From the NCBI RefSeq assembly GCF_016432865.1, contig NC_067403.1, positions 256,246,001 to 256,310,000 of the forward strand: a DNA stretch of 64,000 nt. The letters run 5' to 3'. Below, piece by piece: positions 55,401 through 64,000 of this stretch. How positions within the stretch are numbered: position 1 is the stretch's first letter; each line of letters opens with the position of its first letter. The notes under the pieces were generated by a model. It worked only from the letters and a program-made list of their open reading frames with translations. It did no database searches and was not told the DNA's origin. Made by a program: the position numbers and the translations under genes. This DNA comes from Antechinus flavipes (lineage: Eukaryota).

Positions 55401-57351
55401 ACGGCAGGGGGGCGGGCAGAACCAACCCAGCTCCTGCCCCCAGCCCGGCCTGCTGAGCTGGTCCTGGACCACGTGGTGGAGAGGAAGCGTCTGGATGACC
55501 TGTGTGGCAGCATCATCGACGGACGCTTCCGGGAGCAGAAGGTACGGGGCCCTCGGACACGAACGGTCCCTTGGTCCCTTGGACTCTGGATCTAGACTCG
55601 GTTCTCCTTCAGCTGGGTTCGAATCCCGCTCTTGTCGGGGCTCGGCCGCGGGCTCTCGGCCCGAGGGAGGTGGCAGGGAAAGCTCTGGAGGCCGGAGCAG
55701 GGGGGCAGGGCCCCGGCCTTGACGCTGCCCCCGCTTCCCTAGTTCCGCCTGAAGCGCTGTGGGCTCAGCCGCAGGGTGTACCTGGTGGAGGACCACGGCT
55801 CCGCCCACAACCTCAGCCTCCCGGAGAGCACCCTGCTGCAGGCGGTCACCAACACACAGGTGAGCTGGGGGGGCGGCCCGGGAGCCCTGGCAGGCCCTCC
55901 CCTCCCCCCTCTAACCCCTGCCCCCCTCAGGTGATCGACGGCTTCTTCGTGAAGCGCACTGCGGACCTCAAGGAGTCGGCCGCCTACCTGGCCCTGCTCA
56001 CTCGGGCTCTGCAGAAGCTCTACGAGGTAACGGGCCGCTGTGGGGCAGGGAGGGTGGGGGTGGGGCTGATGGATGGCTGTCTGCAAGCGCCCGCCCGGGT
56101 TTGTCTTTTCTAGGGTCAGACTCTGCGATGCCGGCCCTGGGGGGATGAGGGAGAAGACCCTGGGGCCCAGACGCCCCCCTGCTCCCTCTTCGCCTTCAGC
56201 TCCTTCAACGACGCAGCCATGAAGAACAAGGTGAGCGCCCTCCTCGCTCCCCCTGCCCGCCCCCCGCGTCTCAGGGGCTTCCTCCTGACCCCTTTTCTTC
56301 CCGGCCAGGCTCAGTCGGTGAGGGAGGTGTTTGCCCGGCAGCTGATGCAGGTTCGGGGCGTGAGCGGGGAGAAGGCCGCCGCCCTGCTGGAGAAGTACCA
56401 GACCCCCGCCAGGTAGGCTGGCTGCCCCCTCCCGCCGCTTATCCTGGGCTGTGGGCCCTCGGCTCTAAGTCCAGGGCGTCCCAAGGGGTGGGTGGAGCCA
56501 CGGCTCCCGGAGCTGCTGTGGGTGGGGGCGAGATCTGGGGGCAAGGGGCTGAGCGGGGGCACCTGGGAAATCCAGAGAGGAGGTTTGGGGGGAAAGAGGC
56601 TGAGGTCAGCTCTGAGTGTCCGTGAACTTGGGAGAGCTGAGCTGCAGTGTTGGGGTGTCTGCTCCCTGGGGGGGGGCACATAGGAGAGGGCCCAGGATGG
56701 GGTCCTGGGGAGCCCAGCCAGGTGAGGGCGAGGAGCCGAGGAGGAGCGGTCAGACGGGCAGGAGGAGGGCCGACCCCCGGGTCTGGCAGCCAGTGGGTCA
56801 CTGTGGGAGCCGTTACGAGACTGGAGAGAATGGGGGAAGCGGCGAGAGCAGACGTGGAGCGGTCAGTGTAGACGGGAAAGGGCAGAGAGACTCGGGCACA
56901 GGGAAACAGCAGCTTGGTTTGCTGGTGGGCTCTCCCTCAGTTCCCCTCATCAGACTGAGAGCCCTGGGCGCAGGGATGGCTGACCCTTCTCCACCCGCCC
57001 CTTAGCACGCCAGCCTTGCAGGGGAAAATGGCGGCCCTTGGGGGGGGAGGGGCCGCGGCACGTCCACGCCGCTTCCCAAAGACTGACTGTCCCGTCTCGC
57101 GCTCAGGCTCCTGGCCGCCTATGACGCCTGCGCCAGCCCCCAGGAGCAGGAGAAGCTGCTGAGCTCTGTCAAGTGCGGGCGCCTGCAGAGGTGAGGGCTG
57201 GAGGCCGGGGCGGGGGGGAGGGGTGGGTGGGTGGCAGGGGCCTGGGGGCTCTCCCGGTCACCTCCCTCTCCTCTTGCCTTGCAGGAACCTGGGCCCAGCC
57301 CTGAGTCGGACCCTGTGCCAGCTTTATTGTACCCCTGGACCACTGCCCTGA
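52456..57351 (+). CDS. MUS81: Crossover junction endonuclease MUS81, 16 coding exons, 546 aa
   Basis: Exons 52456-52593, 52818-52959, 53261-53325, 53932-54030, 54147-54215, 54430-54518, 54617-54766, 54920-55003, 55231-55352, 55444-55541, 55743-55859, 55931-56026, 56114-56230, 56309-56412, 57107-57190 and 57285-57351; phases consistent, 1641 nt. ERCC4 active-site motifs GDFVW and VERKRLDDL; Hh[21 protein letters not shown] at 57418-57423. Exon 3 is the least certain. Confidence 0.96.
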
Positions 57352-57781
57352 GCCTGGAGGAGACGCAGCGCGGGGCTGGGGGACTGGGTGGGGACGGGAC
57401 CACAAACGTTTGCATTTAATAAACGTCTCAGACCGCTGGGGTATGGAGTCTGCGGGGGGCGGGCACCGGGGGGCACTAGGCCCCTCTCAGTGTTGTCCAT
57501 GCAGACGCTTCTCCGGGCCCACGAGGGCACCAGCAGTTGGGGCGTCCTTGGACGGGGCCAGTGCTTGGGGGCAGCTGAGGGGGCTCGGCCAGGACCGGGG
57601 CCCAGGGACCAGGAGGCCGTCAGCTGCCAGGCGCCGTGCTCCCTTCCTTCTCCAGTCTGCGCGCTCCCCCCAAGGGCCCCGCAGCCCTCCGTCCGCTCGT
57701 GTTTTTCTCTTTTTATTGATTTTTTCTCTTCCTGAATGGCTTCGGATGGTTTCACGGGGCAGCCCCCCTCCCCCCAGGCCC

Positions 57782-63932
<6,151 letters not shown>

Positions 63933-64000
63933 CTAGAGCGGCACAAGGGAAGCGAGAAGCCTGGTCACGGGCAGGGAGGCCCGAGCTTCACCGAGACAAG

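Overview
GC-rich vertebrate genomic DNA with introns; no prokaryotic features, CRISPR arrays, rRNA or tRNA genes were found. The repeat content (tRNA-derived CORE SINEs of WSINE1/MAR1 type, RTE LINEs, marsupial-type L1 3' ends) points to a marsupial, probably a dasyurid (inference). Gene order matches the mammalian OVOL1-SNX32-CFL1-MUS81-EFEMP2 block. In order: a probable OVOL1 3'UTR (1-1290, assigned by synteny only); a ~35 kb repeat-rich interval (L1, RTE, L2, SINEs, and a decayed betaretrovirus-like ERV with a nested solo LTR); complete SNX32 (+), CFL1 (-) and MUS81 (+); and EFEMP2 exons 3-11 (-). The main unexplained feature is a stop-free 3.1 kb minus-strand ORF (36174-39287; 877 aa from the first ATG) lying head-to-head with SNX32. 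It is built from four frame-preserving tandem repeat blocks, one carrying 18 consecutive PKA-consensus motifs. Assembly gaps are at 3456-3845, 6277-6690, 13074-13226 and 40136-40279; the last hides the SNX32 exon 1 donor.
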